DNA of 64,000 nucleotides from positions 1,984,136 to 2,048,135 of the forward strand of contig JBJBDC010000001.1 of assembly GCA_047285535.1 (NCBI GenBank). The letters run 5' to 3'. Under the pieces are notes generated by a model that saw only the letters and a list, made by a program, of their open reading frames with translations, was not told where the DNA came from and made no database searches. Every line of letters starts with the position of its first letter. The first letter of the stretch is position 1. Below, piece by piece: positions 19,749 through 31,016 of the stretch. Position numbers and translations under genes: made by a program. The DNA is from Synechococcus sp. GTDB taxonomy: Bacteria; Cyanobacteriota; Cyanobacteriia; PCC-6307; Cyanobiaceae.

Positions 19749-22067
19749 TTAGAACCCACTCATCACCTGCCTGGCGGCTGGAAGACTGGGTTGATATCCA
19801 TAGCCATAGCTCCCTCCTTCTTGATCATTAATAATGCGAGGTGTTACGAGGATGACTAATTCATTTTTAGTCCTAGTGCCGCCGGAAGAACGGAAAAACT
19901 GACCAATTAGAGGCAAGTCACCAAGAATTGGCCACTTGGTCACTAGCTGTTTATCAGAATCTGAAATCACTCCGGTGAGAATGAGAGTTTGACCATCACG
20001 AACGCGGACACGGCCGGTGTCAAGCGTACGGCTATTAATCACATCTACCTTGCCACAAGTTCCCGCATCCACAGTTTTACTCGACACGGAAATCTCAGGA
20101 GACAAAGAGAAAGAGACAAAACCATTATCATCAATTTTCTCAATCCTTGCACCAAACGTGAGCCCCGCATTGCCAAAGGTAGGCTCACAAAATGCAATTC
20201 CATTCGTGTCTTGCTTGACCTTATAGCCTGTGATCAATCGCTCTCCAACCGACACCAACGCCTCATTACTCTTTTCCCTGCCAATCTTGCCATCGGCAGA
20301 AATTTTCTCAGAATCACTACCCGAAGATTTTTCGCTGCCCTCCTGCAGTATTAATGTTGGATTAGCGAGAATTTTTGTCGAAGACGAGACGATCTGCGCC
20401 CGCAAGAAATCAAAAAATTGATTCGTAGGATAACGAAAACGAGATGGTGCTTTATACGTGAGTTTCCCATCCTGATCAACCTCACTCACCCCTGGCTGCA
20501 AGGGGTTGTCATCTGTACCAAAATCAGGCCGAAGAGGCAGTCCTGCACTCCCAGAATCGAGCATGGTTGGTGAGCCAGGAAGCGGAAAAGGCACAGTCGG
20601 CTGATCAACGAATCCCTCACCTCCAACAAGAGCACCCGTTCCAGGAAGAAGGGTTGTTTTACCATCGGCCGTGTAACTCCCTGGCAATCCACCTTCACTG
20701 TTTCCGGGAGGCTTGTATGCACCAAAATTGGCCAGCAATTGTCCATCCTGACTCACAATAAATGCGTTACCAGAGCGAAAAGCGAAGCTGTTGGAGATTT
20801 GAGAATCATTGTCTAAATTAATATCAAGAATCTGAACTGTTAACGCCACTTGCCTCTGGCGCAGATCAATTTGCTTCAGATAGCTTTCTGCAACCGCGAC
20901 GAGTCTTGAATCACCAACAAGCGTAATCGTCTGTAATCGAGAATCTGTTGTACCGGCCAGACCTCGCAAAGGTCCAACTGTGGACCCATAGGTTTCAACA
21001 CTTGTCAGGGTGGATGTACTAGCCGTGACATTTGCTGCATTGTTGGCGGGAGTGCCAGTTGAGACTGTTTCCTGAGACGTCAGCTGAGTGGTGTTGACTT
21101 TGCTGATTGAGGCACCCAGGCTCGCAAGATAGTCCGCAGCAGAGTCAGCGCTGGCCTGATTGAGTCGATACACCTTTGAAACCTGTGGTCCAAACGTTTT
21201 CGCTGACACCGCAGAACCAACAAGCAAGGTCCGTCCATCGAGCTTCCCTTGAAGTCCAGATGCCAGCAACACTCCATTGAATGCTCTGGCATAACTCTCA
21301 TTTTGAAATGCCATTGAGACCAAACTCGCGTTCTGCGCGACAGCAGAGTCCCCATCAGCATCCGAACCATCCCCTACATACACAAAGCCATATCCACCCA
21401 GCCTTGCTAAGGCCATCAAGGCATCTTTCGCCGGCGCATTATTCAGTGTGAGTGTGACCGGCGGACCACTCACATTCACATAACTCCGGTTCTGCAGAAC
21501 CATTGTTCCCACCGCAATATCGCCTAGAGGTGGCGCCACAGCACGCGGGCGCAGGGGTGGGGCGTATTGCGTTTGAGGGACGCGCCCAGGGGTCGTCAGA
21601 TTCAAGCGCCCTGTCTCAAGCACCGGCATGGCAACCAACCCTGAAAACTCGAGGATCAGATCACGACCATCTGCACTCACAAGCGGTTCCTCCAGGGCCT
21701 GACCATTGCTGGGAACCACTTTCAACGCATACTCGCTACCGCTACCCACCAAAGATGCCGACTGAATTCCAGCGGCTGAATCCGTTAAACGCACCTGACC
21801 ATGACGGACCCCAGGAGCACCCTGGGTCTGCAAACGTCCCTCCCAAACTTGACCATTGAGACGCTGCTGAAGCTGGGGCTGGGCACCAACCCCTTCAATC
21901 ACCAGTTCCACGCCACCATTAACGCGACGCAGCCGCATGTTCATACTGCCAAGGTTCTGAGCCCTGATCGCCCGGGATCCTCCTAGACCAAAAATTACGT
22001 CGCACTCAGCGAAGGCAAGGCTGCCGAACAAAGCCAAAGGAATCAGGCGGGAGAGTCTCGAGGGCAT
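19749..22067 (-). CDS. pilQ: Type IV pilus / type II secretion secretin (PilQ-like)
   Basis: QVALTVQILD, KILANPTL, VRVRDGQTLILTG, PILGDLPLIGQFF, ELVILVTPRII. Confidence 0.9.
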   Translation of the reverse strand: MPSRLSRLIPLALFGSLAFAECDVIFGLGGSRAIRAQNLGSMNMRLRRVNGGVELVIEGVGAQPQLQQRLNGQVWEGRLQTQGAPGVRHGQVRLTDSAAGIQSASLVGSGSEYALKVVPSNGQALEEPLVSADGRDLILEFSGLVAMPVLETGRLNLTTPGRVPQTQYAPPLRPRAVAPPLGDIAVGTMVLQNRSYVNVSGPPVTLTLNNAPAKDALMALARLGGYGFVYVGDGSDADGDSAVAQNASLVSMAFQNESYARAFNGVLLASGLQGKLDGRTLLVGSAVSAKTFGPQVSKVYRLNQASADSAADYLASLGASISKVNTTQLTSQETVSTGTPANNAANVTASTSTLTSVETYGSTVGPLRGLAGTTDSRLQTITLVGDSRLVAVAESYLKQIDLRQRQVALTVQILDINLDNDSQISNSFAFRSGNAFIVSQDGQLLANFGAYKPPGNSEGGLPGSYTADGKTTLLPGTGALVGGEGFVDQPTVPFPLPGSPTMLDSGSAGLPLRPDFGTDDNPLQPGVSEVDQDGKLTYKAPSRFRYPTNQFFDFLRAQIVSSSTKILANPTLILQEGSEKSSGSDSEKISADGKIGREKSNEALVSVGERLITGYKVKQDTNGIAFCEPTFGNAGLTFGARIEKIDDNGFVSFSLSPEISVSSKTVDAGTCGKVDVINSRTLDTGRVRVRDGQTLILTGVISDSDKQLVTKWPILGDLPLIGQFFRSSGGTRTKNELVILVTPRIINDQEGGSYGYGYQPSLPAARQVMSGF

Positions 22068-22154
22068 GCCCAGGCCTGGATTTCAGAAGATATGGGCGGA
22101 TGGTATCGAGCCACACCCCGAAGAGCCAGCCTTGAAAGAACGCCCTGAGCCCTC

Positions 22155-22889
22155 TCAGAACGGGGGCTTGGCCTTTGCTGCTGGTGCTGCTTTGGGCTGA
22201 TCTGCCTCGGGCACTTTGTCAAAAAAACTAAGCCTGAGCTTGAGCTCAGTCAGCGCTGGCCCCACGGCCGCCGTCTCCTCCTCATCCCCCGGTGACGCAA
22301 CGGCTTTGAGTTCAAGATCACTGGGCTGCACGAGGAGTGCCAGTTGCTCCATTTCGCGTAAGAACTGAAGCAGCCCCTCATAGGGGCCATTCACTTGAAG
22401 CAACACCGCACTTTTTTCAAACCCCTTCCTCTCCAGGGGAGCTTGGACATGTTCTGCATCCCCTTTCTTCTTTTGATTGGTTGATTTTGCGGGATCATCG
22501 GTCACGGCAGGAGCAACGGAGACCGGTTCATAGCGTTCAATCACCACTCCGCTCTCAGCCGATGCACGACTCAACTGAGTGAGAAAGGTCTGGATCTGGC
22601 CACGACCCGCGATCAAGCGCAAGATCAGATCTTGCTGTTGCTGAGCCGCCAAAAGCTTTCCTTCCGCATCCTTGACTCGACCTCGCATCAACGGCAGCGA
22701 CTGCTTCTTCACTTGCAGCTCTGCGATCCGGCTCATTCGTTCCCCGGATTCCAACCAATGGGGCAGTCCGACAATCGCAAACAGCCCAATACCCATCAAG
22801 GCACCGACAACCAAGGGAGTGCCGACTAACACACGCTGACGGGTGAGAGATTTCAGCCAAGGACTACTTGTGCCGCTCAGATTCGTCAC
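22155..22889 (-). CDS. pilO: PilO-like type IV pilus assembly protein
   Basis: TM helix, coiled coil, GPYEGLLQFLREMEQL; position in pilMNOQ order; GTG start overlaps pilN stop. Confidence 0.72.
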   Translation of the reverse strand: MTNLSGTSSPWLKSLTRQRVLVGTPLVVGALMGIGLFAIVGLPHWLESGERMSRIAELQVKKQSLPLMRGRVKDAEGKLLAAQQQQDLILRLIAGRGQIQTFLTQLSRASAESGVVIERYEPVSVAPAVTDDPAKSTNQKKKGDAEHVQAPLERKGFEKSAVLLQVNGPYEGLLQFLREMEQLALLVQPSDLELKAVASPGDEEETAAVGPALTELKLRLSFFDKVPEADQPKAAPAAKAKPPF

Positions 22890-23578
22890 AAGTTCACTCC
22901 TTGCTGCTGGAGCAACCGAGACCGCTCCGCCAACCCATCTGCTCCCAACTCCTGAAGCTGAATCATGGATAAACGGGTCTTCGTATTGAGAGCCCACTCC
23001 ATGCTGAACGTCACAACTGGAGCATCACTATCTGCTCGAGTGACCTTCACCACCTTGACGCCTTGTTCTCCTGTGATCGGGAGTTGACTCAAAGAGAGTC
23101 CTAGGGCATTGATGCGTTCCAAGGGGCCTGGTGACTGTCCAATCTGAACTCTTCCCAACAGTTTGATCTGTGCGTCTCCGACCACTAACTCCTGCAATTG
23201 AATGCCTGCAGGAGTGACGCGTCTGAGCTGCTCTAACAAAGGAGAGCCTACGGGGAACGCCACGAGCTGTTTGGCGATCTTGAGGCTGTCTTGATTGAGT
23301 GTGGAAGTCTGAGTCCGCAGGCGCCGCAACTGGTTTTCCATCGAAGTCGTGCGTTGAGCAATCAATGCCAGCGACTCCAACTGCTGCTGTTGCTGGCTTC
23401 CCCGCCAGCTCACCCATGCGGTAACCGCTAAGCAGATCAAAAACACCGCCCCGCCAAGCCAAGCACCACGCCTCAGCAAGAGGCGAGTAGGGACAAAAGG
23501 GTCAGCCTGAGCGGGCAAACCCAACTCGATGCGCCGCTCACGGAGCAAATCAACTGAGGTTCTTGCCATTTCATTCAT
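22886..23578 (-). CDS. pilN: PilN-like type IV pilus assembly protein
   Basis: VDLLRER N-terminal motif, TM helix, LEQLRRVTPAGIQL. Confidence 0.75.
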   Translation of the reverse strand: MNEMARTSVDLLRERRIELGLPAQADPFVPTRLLLRRGAWLGGAVFLICLAVTAWVSWRGSQQQQQLESLALIAQRTTSMENQLRRLRTQTSTLNQDSLKIAKQLVAFPVGSPLLEQLRRVTPAGIQLQELVVGDAQIKLLGRVQIGQSPGPLERINALGLSLSQLPITGEQGVKVVKVTRADSDAPVVTFSMEWALNTKTRLSMIQLQELGADGLAERSRLLQQQGVNL

Positions 23579-24471
23579 CCTCTGTGGTCCGAGGGTGCCT
23601 TCAGGGCCAGCTGAAGCAGCGACATCTCACCATCTGAGACAAGCGGGCCATGGAGATCAGTGGCATGACCAGTCGCCCAACATCCCTGCCAACTTGGCCC
23701 CGCGGTAATCCACCAGCTGCGGCTTCCATCAACCTGTCGCCGCCTCCCATCCCACGCCTCAAGCAGAAGCAACACCTCCTCTCTCAACGACATGACCTGG
23801 GTCGATTGCAAGGCAACATCCAGTTCAGGCCAGCCATCGCACAACACCACGAGGCGCCACATACCGTTTTGCTCAATCACCCAAACCCACTCTCCCTGCC
23901 ATGGTTCGATGCAAACCTGAAGCGCTCTCCACGCGGCAACCAGAAGCCACTCCGCTTGATAAAGACTGATATCTGCCAAGGCCACCGTATCGATCCAGGC
24001 CTGGAGCATCAACCGATCAGCGCCTACCACCATGGCCATGCCCCTCTCATCCATCGGGGTCATAGCGAGATAGGAATCATGCCATTGCAGCGGCCAGTTC
24101 ATTTCAGGCGAAAGCTCACGCAGGTTGCTCGCGTCATCAAGACCTGAAGCCCCCTCGAGCAGACGCCAATGGCAACTCGGCAGAGGCAACAACAGTTCCA
24201 ATTCCACAGAGACAGGTGCAATGTTCTGTTCCAAGAGAAGATCCGCCACCGTTTCAGCAAGCGCCTGGCGTTGAAGCGGTACCCCTCTTCGGCAGAGATC
24301 AGGAGGAAGGTCGGCATGAACCAGCCGCTGCTCATCCCGATCCCTCCAAGACAAACTCAGGGCATGATCATCAGCAGCTAGCACCACCCGTCTTCGGCTG
24401 ATCAAGCTGTTGAGCTGAACCAGCAGCCCATCGAAGGCAGGGAAGCGATCGCGAATTACGGCCAGCTCCAA
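23575..24471 (-). CDS. Divergent PilM-like protein
   Basis: Position upstream of pilN; LPPDLCRRGVP...ALAETVADLL resembles the PilM N-terminus; overlapping stop/start. Confidence 0.55.
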   Translation of the reverse strand: MELAVIRDRFPAFDGLLVQLNSLISRRRVVLAADDHALSLSWRDRDEQRLVHADLPPDLCRRGVPLQRQALAETVADLLLEQNIAPVSVELELLLPLPSCHWRLLEGASGLDDASNLRELSPEMNWPLQWHDSYLAMTPMDERGMAMVVGADRLMLQAWIDTVALADISLYQAEWLLVAAWRALQVCIEPWQGEWVWVIEQNGMWRLVVLCDGWPELDVALQSTQVMSLREEVLLLLEAWDGRRRQVDGSRSWWITAGPSWQGCWATGHATDLHGPLVSDGEMSLLQLALKAPSDHRG

Positions 24472-24518
24472 GTTCTGCTCCTAAGGAAGACATGAACAAC
24501 TTCCTGGAAGCGTATCGA

Positions 24519-25697
24519 CTACTTCCAGGGCGCGCCGCTTCCTACGGCTTCACTCAGATGGCGAAAGCCATGGCGATCCAACTGGCAGATCAAACCATCC
24601 AAAATGCGCGGAACAAGATCGGGGCCTTCGAAAATCCAACCGGTGTACAACTGCACCAGAGATGCACCTGCAACAATCCGCTCCCAGGCGGATTCTGCCG
24701 ATGAAATCCCCCCTACACCAATCAACGGCAGGGCAGGACCAGCACTCGCGCGTAGCCTTCGAATAACCTCCACCGCTCGATAACGGAGTGGATCACCACT
24801 GAGCCCCCCAGCTTCTTCAGCAAGGGTTTTGCCGGTTTGCGCAATCCGACGCTGCTCCAAACCAAGCCGATTCAAGCTTGTATTCACCGCGATGACTCCC
24901 GCCAAGCCTTCCTCGTAAGCCAGCCGAGCGATGCCGTCAATGGCATCGTCTTCGAGATCAGGAGCAATCTTGACCAGAAGTGGAGGGCAGGCTCGAAGCC
25001 GGCGCAACCGCTCGACCAAACGGCGCAATTGGGTTGAATCCTGAAGGTCTCGCAATCCAGGAGTATTGGGAGAACTCACATTGATCACGGCGTAATCCGC
25101 CCATGGAGCAAGATGTTCCAGTGAAGCGGCGTAGTCATCAGGGGCCTGCTCCAGAGGAGTCACTTTTGATTTGCCGAAATTAATCCCGAGCACAGCAGGA
25201 CGATGTCCTGGCGCCGGCAAAGATTGACGCTCAAGAGTGCGCTGCATGGCCTCAGCACCGTTGTTGTTAAATCCCATGCGATTGATGGCAGCCCGTTCAG
25301 CGGCAAGCCGAAACAACCGCGGCCTTGGGTTTCCGGGTTGACCATGCCAAGTGACCGTCCCCACTTCGGCAAACCCAAAACCAAAGCAATCCCAAACACC
25401 TGCCGCAACGCCGTTTTTGTCGAACCCCGCAGCCAAGCCCACTGGATTACTGAATCGACAACCAAACAGGACTTGCTCTAAGCGAAGATTTCGCCGCCGA
25501 AGTTCAGTCGCCACTCCGTCTAGGACTGAGGAGATCCCAGGCCAATGACGACGAATGCTGACCTGGGCGAGGGCCTGCAAGGCCGCCTGACTGAGCTGTT
25601 CTGCATCCACGCCCTCATCCCTGGCCAACTGCGGGCCAATCCATCGCCGATAAAAACTGGCGGTGGATAACACTCCGAGGGATGACGCATCAGCCAT
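24519..25697 (-). CDS. pyrD: Quinone-dependent dihydroorotate dehydrogenase
   Basis: [47 protein letters not shown]. Confidence 0.97.
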   Translation of the reverse strand: MADASSLGVLSTASFYRRWIGPQLARDEGVDAEQLSQAALQALAQVSIRRHWPGISSVLDGVATELRRRNLRLEQVLFGCRFSNPVGLAAGFDKNGVAAGVWDCFGFGFAEVGTVTWHGQPGNPRPRLFRLAAERAAINRMGFNNNGAEAMQRTLERQSLPAPGHRPAVLGINFGKSKVTPLEQAPDDYAASLEHLAPWADYAVINVSSPNTPGLRDLQDSTQLRRLVERLRRLRACPPLLVKIAPDLEDDAIDGIARLAYEEGLAGVIAVNTSLNRLGLEQRRIAQTGKTLAEEAGGLSGDPLRYRAVEVIRRLRASAGPALPLIGVGGISSAESAWERIVAGASLVQLYTGWIFEGPDLVPRILDGLICQLDRHGFRHLSEAVGSGAPWK

Positions 25698-25705
25698 CTG
25701 GCCTC

Positions 25706-26437
25706 CTAGGTCTCTAACGATCCTGCCGGGTCGCGTCGCAACCGCCAGAGATCATTCTCCATAGGCTCGACGATCCAGTCACGCCAACGCCAAGAAGCTT
25801 GACGTTCAGACAACCGACTGAATGGCTGCTCTACCAACTGAGCCAACTCCACCACAGTCAATGCATACCCTCCCGCAGCCAAGCGATCGGCGAGTTCGAG
25901 GCGATTGAGAAGTTTCTGCAAGGACTTCGGTGCCACATCCTCCGACGGCTGACGACTTGAGGCGAGTGTGGGAATGACCTCTTGCTGTCCCCTGGAATAA
26001 GCCACTGCAATCTGATCCACTCTGTCGTTATCGGGATCTCCGCTATGCCCTTTCACGTACCTGAGCGGAACATCCTCCAGCCGAGCTCGATCCAACGCCT
26101 GCCAAAGATCCTGATTGAGTACTGGCTTGCCCGCCGCCGTGCGCCAGCCCTTGCGCTTCCAACCAGACATCCAGCGACTGAGTCCATCGATCAGATATTT
26201 GCTGTCGGTTCGTAGCGTGAGATCAGGATGAAGCGGCAACTCGGCCAAGCGTTGCAAGATGGCAAGAGCAGCTTGCAACTCCATACGGTTGTTTGTGGTA
26301 GCCGGATCCGCACCACCAAATTCCTCCACACTGCCGTCTTCAAAACGAATCAACGCACCCCAGCCACCCGGTCCTGGATTACCGCTGCAGGCACCATCCG
26401 TCGCTGCTGCGACGACGCGACCACGTCCATCAGCCAT
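25706..26437 (-). CDS. rnhA: Ribonuclease HI with C-terminal extension
   Basis: [37 protein letters not shown]. Confidence 0.95.
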   Translation of the reverse strand: MADGRGRVVAAATDGACSGNPGPGGWGALIRFEDGSVEEFGGADPATTNNRMELQAALAILQRLAELPLHPDLTLRTDSKYLIDGLSRWMSGWKRKGWRTAAGKPVLNQDLWQALDRARLEDVPLRYVKGHSGDPDNDRVDQIAVAYSRGQQEVIPTLASSRQPSEDVAPKSLQKLLNRLELADRLAAGGYALTVVELAQLVEQPFSRLSERQASWRWRDWIVEPMENDLWRLRRDPAGSLET

Positions 26438-26499
26438 TGATTCCACCACCTAATTTTCGGTACAACAGGTTGTTGTTCTCCATCTTGGAGTCACCGTTT

Positions 26500-27198
26500 A
26501 TGCGGCGAACTTACCTCCGGCTGCTGCTTCTGACCGGAACGGCATTGATGCTGGGGGCCACTTCAGCGGCACTACCAGTGTGGGCCCGCTCCCTCTTTGA
26601 TAGCGAGCCACTTCAACAAGACCAATTCGCGATCCTTGCACGAGCAGTTGGGCAGGACCGCTGGAAGCTGCTGGTCCTGGAACAGATCAAGGCCAGGCCT
26701 CTCTGCTGGGAAAATCGTACCGATGGACTGGTTCTGCCATCCCTGAATGGCTTTGATTTCACTGGCATTTGCAGCCGTTACCTCGACAGCAACGGCTATT
26801 CCCTTCGCACTGGAGGCCAAGACACAAAGAAATCTGTTCGATTACGTCTGCATCAAGGACGCAGTGGTCTTGAGCTTCAAGCGATGGAGCCCAACAGCAG
26901 CACCGCAGTCGTCGTTGCCAGGGCAGGGCAAGTCAAACGGAACAAAGATGCCTTCGTCAAACTTGAATTGGAACCAGGCTGGGAACTCGAGCGACGGGCT
27001 TATAAGGGACGAAAACTGAGCCATCTGTATTTCGCCAACAGTGAGTCCCTCAATCAGTTAATGGCTAAGACCTCAAAACGCCCGAACCAAACAGTATTGA
27101 TGTCTACTGTGATGCAATCCCTAAAACCACCAAGCTCCTCCTCAGCCTTTGCGAGAAAGGGGCCCATTCGTCTTGAAGTGATTCCCTTCCGTCCCTAA
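26500..27198 (+). CDS. DUF3747-family exported protein
   Basis: Signal peptide; LEQIK..PLCW, FDFTGICSRYLDSNGYSLR, LEPGW...LSHLYF. Confidence 0.8.
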   Translation: MRRTYLRLLLLTGTALMLGATSAALPVWARSLFDSEPLQQDQFAILARAVGQDRWKLLVLEQIKARPLCWENRTDGLVLPSLNGFDFTGICSRYLDSNGYSLRTGGQDTKKSVRLRLHQGRSGLELQAMEPNSSTAVVVARAGQVKRNKDAFVKLELEPGWELERRAYKGRKLSHLYFANSESLNQLMAKTSKRPNQTVLMSTVMQSLKPPSSSSAFARKGPIRLEVIPFRP

Positions 27199-27270
27199 CC
27201 AGCCGCTAAGGACAGTTGAAGGAGCGGAAACCTCAAGCCCGTGAATGAAGCGAATCTTCTTAAATTCAAG

Positions 27271-27365
27271 GTGTGAGGAGTGTAATCGCCTCTTCAGGGT
27301 CGAAACTAGGAAAGACTCCTGAACGCCTTGATGATCAGCCTTGCCTTTGGCAGGGCTCTTTTTTT
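27271..27365 (+). ncRNA. yfr2: Yfr2-family small RNA (probable)
   Basis: 5' GTGTGAGGAGTG (complement of the Yfr1 motif), hairpin TTCAGGGTC-GAAACTAGGAAA-GACTCCTGAA, terminator AGCCTTGCC-ttt-GGCAGGGCT-T7, TAAATT just upstream; family recognised from memory. Confidence 0.75.
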
Positions 27366-27389
27366 GCCTTAGACACCACATCAATTGAC

Positions 27390-27414
27390 AAAAAAGCCGG
27401 CTCTGAGAACCGGC
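27390..27414 (-). terminator. Intrinsic terminator of the rpl operon
   Basis: Minus strand GCCGGTTC-tca-GAGCCGGC-TTTTTT. Confidence 0.75.
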
Positions 27415-27469
27415 AGGAATCAATGTCAGGAATGAGTCCCAGTTGATGAACAACTTGAGCTCAAGGGGG

Positions 27470-27859
27470 TCACTTGACTGTGACCTTGCCCCCAACCTCT
27501 TCGATGGTCTTTTTCAAGGCTTCAGCATCATCCTTAGAGACGCCCTCCTTGATGGTCTTAGGAGCAGCTTCGACCATGGCCTTTGCATCGCCAAGGCCTA
27601 GACCAGTGGCTTCGCGAACAGCCTTGAGAACTTTGATCTTGGCGGAAGCATCAAAGCTTTCCAGAACAACATCAAATTCGGTCTTCTCTTCAGCCGCTTC
27701 GCCACCGCCACCAGCAGCGCCAGGTGCAGCCATCACCACACCCGCAGATGCAGCAGCAGAAACACCAAATGCATCCTCAATTTGCTTAACAAGCTCGGAA
27801 GCTTCTAGCAATGAGAGCTTTTTTAGTGATTCAAGAATTTCGTCAGTTTGTGCAGACAT
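27470..27859 (-). CDS. rplL: 50S ribosomal protein L7/L12
   Basis: [26 protein letters not shown]. Confidence 0.98.
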   Translation of the reverse strand: MSAQTDEILESLKKLSLLEASELVKQIEDAFGVSAAASAGVVMAAPGAAGGGGEAAEEKTEFDVVLESFDASAKIKVLKAVREATGLGLGDAKAMVEAAPKTIKEGVSKDDAEALKKTIEEVGGKVTVK

Positions 27860-27907
27860 GATTGGGAATCAGCAACAGATCAGGAAAAAAAGTGAGGTCG
27901 AAGACGA

Positions 27908-28435
27908 TCAGCTTTCGCCGCTATCGGCGTGCTGCTTGAGCGCTCTTGCAAGACCGGAGGGAACCTCGTTGATACCCACAGCGACCTTGGTGGTCACTGC
28001 GTTGATAGCACCAGCGATCTGAGCAATGAGTACTTCCTTGGTGGGAAGTTCCCCAATCGCTTTGATCTCATCGTGAGAGAGAAGCTTGCCTTCGAAAAGG
28101 CCGCCCTTGGTCTCAGATTTTTTGGTCTCTTTCTGAAAGGCCTGAACGGCCTTCACAGCACCACCGATATCGCCCTTAATCAGGACGAATGCATTGGTTC
28201 CGCTAAGAAGAGAGTCGAGGCTTGACCAAACACTGTCACCATCGATGGCACGACGCATCAAGGTGTTTTTTGTCACCTTGCAAACGCCATTGCTGGCCTG
28301 CAGACGCGTCCGCAGATCAGACATTTCCTTGATGGAGAGGCCCTGGTGATCCAGAACCAGTGTCATTTCGGCCTCGCCAAGAAGCTGTTTAAGCTCCTCG
28401 ACGATCTGTTGCTTGTTCTCCAGAGTGCGGCCCAT
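27908..28435 (-). CDS. rplJ: 50S ribosomal protein L10
   Basis: [22 protein letters not shown]; synteny. Confidence 0.97.
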   Translation of the reverse strand: MGRTLENKQQIVEELKQLLGEAEMTLVLDHQGLSIKEMSDLRTRLQASNGVCKVTKNTLMRRAIDGDSVWSSLDSLLSGTNAFVLIKGDIGGAVKAVQAFQKETKKSETKGGLFEGKLLSHDEIKAIGELPTKEVLIAQIAGAINAVTTKVAVGINEVPSGLARALKQHADSGES

Positions 28436-28484
28436 AGGGATTAGATCGGAGGAACAAGCTGGACACGCGGCCGATTCAGTCCTC

Positions 28485-28605
28485 CAGAAGGAGACGAGGC
28501 CGCGTGTCGATCCAATCCATGGGACAAATCGTCGCGTTTACCTCGGCAGGACTTATGCAACATGCTCAACTGAGTCGAGCTGCTACAACCTGCTGTCTCA
28601 GGCCG
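28485..28605 (-). promoter_or_regulatory. Ribosomal protein L10 leader (autoregulatory RNA)
   Basis: Minus strand GAGACAGCAGG...TAA.TCCTGCCGAGG...CCTCG upstream of rplJ; boundaries approximate. Confidence 0.7.
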
Positions 28606-28658
28606 GGCGCGTGCCCGTGAGCTGGCAATAGCCAGCCCATAAATTTACATCACTGTCT

Positions 28659-29366
28659 TCAGCCTTCTTGGTCGATGTCCTGCAATAACGCAACGTCAAC
28701 TTCGACAGAAGGCCCCATGGTGGAAGTGACGTAAAGACTTTTCCAGTAACGACCTTTGGCACCACTGGGCTTATTGCGATCAATGGTTTCCTGCAGAGTT
28801 TTGAGGTTCGCCAACAAGGCCTCTGCGGTAAAACTCGCTTTGCCAAACCGAACGTGAACGATGCCAGTGCGGTCAGCACGAAATTCAAGCTTGCCCGCTT
28901 TAAATTCCTGGATCGCAGAAGCCAAGTCAGTTGTAACCGTTCCTGCCTTGGGATTCGGCATCAAGCCACGAGGACCAAGAACCCGGCCGAGTTTCGCGAC
29001 CTTGGGCATCATGTCCGGGGTCGCAATCAGCAAGTCGAAATTCATTTCACCCTTGGAGATGATCTCAACAAGGTCTTCATCGCCAGCAAGCTCAGCCCCT
29101 GCAGCTTTGGCCTCAGCCACTTTTTCACCTCGGGTAATGACCGCTATACGAACCGTTTGACCGGTGCCGTTGGGAAGCGCGACCGTGGTGCGTAGCTGTT
29201 GATCGGTGTATTTAGGGTCGATACCAAGGCGCACATGCGCCTCCATCGTCTCGTCGAATTTGGCTGTAGCGTTTTCCTTGACCAGCTGAATGGCTTCAAG
29301 AGGCTGGTAGGCACGATCCTCGATTTTGGTAACGAGGCTGGCCAGGCGTTTAGAGAGTTTGGGCAT
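28659..29366 (-). CDS. rplA: 50S ribosomal protein L1
   Basis: [25 protein letters not shown]. Confidence 0.98.
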   Translation of the reverse strand: MPKLSKRLASLVTKIEDRAYQPLEAIQLVKENATAKFDETMEAHVRLGIDPKYTDQQLRTTVALPNGTGQTVRIAVITRGEKVAEAKAAGAELAGDEDLVEIISKGEMNFDLLIATPDMMPKVAKLGRVLGPRGLMPNPKAGTVTTDLASAIQEFKAGKLEFRADRTGIVHVRFGKASFTAEALLANLKTLQETIDRNKPSGAKGRYWKSLYVTSTMGPSVEVDVALLQDIDQEG

Positions 29367-29442
29367 GACAGGTATGGGGTTCAGGCGACCCTGAGGTCTC
29401 CCCCGAAATCAGTGAATGGAACAAACAACGAACGCAGAGCGT

Positions 29443-29868
29443 TCAGTCGCTAACGGAAACACCCATATTGCGGGCGGTCCCTTCGATGATGCGCATCGCC
29501 GACTCAACACTGGTGCAGTTGAGGTCGGGAAGCTTCGTTTTGGCGATCTCCTCAAGCTGGGAGCGGTTGATGGAGCCAACACTGCCCTTGGCTGACTCAC
29601 CGGAACCTTTTTGAATTCCAGCAGCCTTGGTGATCAGCACCGAAGCGGGAGGCGTTTTGGTGATGAAGGTGAAACTACGGTCTTCAAAAACCGAAATTTC
29701 CACCGGAATCACAAATCCGGCCTTGTCCTGGGTGCGAGCGTTGTACTCCTTGCAGAACGCCATGATGTTGACCCCGTGCTGACCGAGGGCAGGACCCACC
29801 GGTGGTGCGGGGTTGGCTTTGCCGGCCTGCAGGGCCAGCTTGATCACAGCTACGACTTTCTTGGCCAT
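29443..29868 (-). CDS. rplK: 50S ribosomal protein L11
   Basis: [22 protein letters not shown]. Confidence 0.98.
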   Translation of the reverse strand: MAKKVVAVIKLALQAGKANPAPPVGPALGQHGVNIMAFCKEYNARTQDKAGFVIPVEISVFEDRSFTFITKTPPASVLITKAAGIQKGSGESAKGSVGSINRSQLEEIAKTKLPDLNCTSVESAMRIIEGTARNMGVSVSD

Positions 29869-29977
29869 CGGCAAGCGGAGTTGAACATCTGCGGATCATC
29901 GAACCCTTGGGTCCGATGCGGCGAAATGGAAAACCACCTCGAGGGCCGCCCTCCGCAGGGAGACGGCCGCCGCTTCA

Positions 29978-30646
29978 TTAATTCTGTTTGCTGATCTGAG
30001 AAAACTCAAGTTCTACTGGTGTTTCACGGCCAAAGATCGACAACAACGCTTTGAGTTTGCTTCGTTCCCCAGACACCTCGATGACCTCGCCTTGGAAATC
30101 TTTAAAAGGACCTGCTGTGACGAGAATTTGATCCCCCTCGGCAAGATCCACTTTCACGACAGTCTTCTTCTCGGCCGCCCGCTTAAAGATCCGGTCCACC
30201 TCAGAGCGACTCAGCGGTCTGGGCTTGATGTGGCCTCTTGCCTTACCAGTGGCTCGTCGATCTTCGGCACCAACAAAATTGATGACATTTGGAGTACTTC
30301 TCACGGCCATCATCGTGTCCTCATCCAGGACCATCCTGACAAGCACATAACCAGGGAACACCTTCTCCTCTGTGGATTGACGACTTCCGTCTTTCTTGAC
30401 TTTCACGGCCGGAGTCTCTGGAATCTCAATCTCAAGGATGCGATTGCTCACCCCAAGCGTGACGGCACGCTGTTCAAGCGTGGCTTTGACTTTTTTCTCG
30501 CAGCTTGAGGCCACCTGCACCGCATACCAACGAGCGATGGATGTGCGAGCTGGGATCGACTCGAGCGTGCCCTCCTCTCCCTCATTAGGAGCTGGAAGAT
30601 CCAGCACCTCTTGACTCTCCTGCTGGGTTATATCGAGGTCAGACAC
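29978..30646 (-). CDS. nusG: Transcription termination/antitermination factor NusG
   Basis: WYAVQV, FPGYVLV, KOW GPFKDFQG, IFGRETPVEL. Confidence 0.97.
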   Translation of the reverse strand: MSDLDITQQESQEVLDLPAPNEGEEGTLESIPARTSIARWYAVQVASSCEKKVKATLEQRAVTLGVSNRILEIEIPETPAVKVKKDGSRQSTEEKVFPGYVLVRMVLDEDTMMAVRSTPNVINFVGAEDRRATGKARGHIKPRPLSRSEVDRIFKRAAEKKTVVKVDLAEGDQILVTAGPFKDFQGEVIEVSGERSKLKALLSIFGRETPVELEFSQISKQN

Positions 30647-30697
30647 GGATGCGGACGAAAAATGGGGACGAATGTGAGCTGCTGAGGGAACAACAGA

Positions 30698-30937
30698 TCA
30701 ACGGAACACCTGTGAGGCAGCCCAGCCATAAAAACGACTGAGAGCAGAAATGGCTGCTGCCGAGAGGCTCACCATCAAGATCACAGCCACTGATTCACTG
30801 AAGAGCTGCTGCCGGCTAGGCCAGACCACCAGTTTGAGCTCTTCAAAGGTGGCCACTAAAAAACCACCCCTCCGGCCTGTTGCAGCCGGTTGTTGTGGGG
30901 AAGCTGTTTCGGTGTCCTCAGAAGTGGGGCTGGTCAC
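30698..30937 (-). CDS. secE: Preprotein translocase subunit SecE
   Basis: EELKLVVWPSR plus one TM helix, upstream of nusG. Confidence 0.92.
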   Translation of the reverse strand: MTSPTSEDTETASPQQPAATGRRGGFLVATFEELKLVVWPSRQQLFSESVAVILMVSLSAAAISALSRFYGWAASQVFR

Positions 30938-31016
30938 GAATGTTGCGATGCCGGAACTGACGCCGGTGCCAAAAGCACATGACGACAATGAATCATCCTA
31001 CTTGACGCTTATCAGC

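Noticed and set aside
27474..28022. 182-aa plus-strand ORF and many similar shadow ORFs (e.g. 30750..31442, 1719..2387, 50405..50935)
   Set aside because: Antisense to well-supported core genes; no independent motifs
30938..31016. tRNA-Trp often found upstream of secE
   Set aside because: No cloverleaf or TTCGA/CCA signature visible in the short gap
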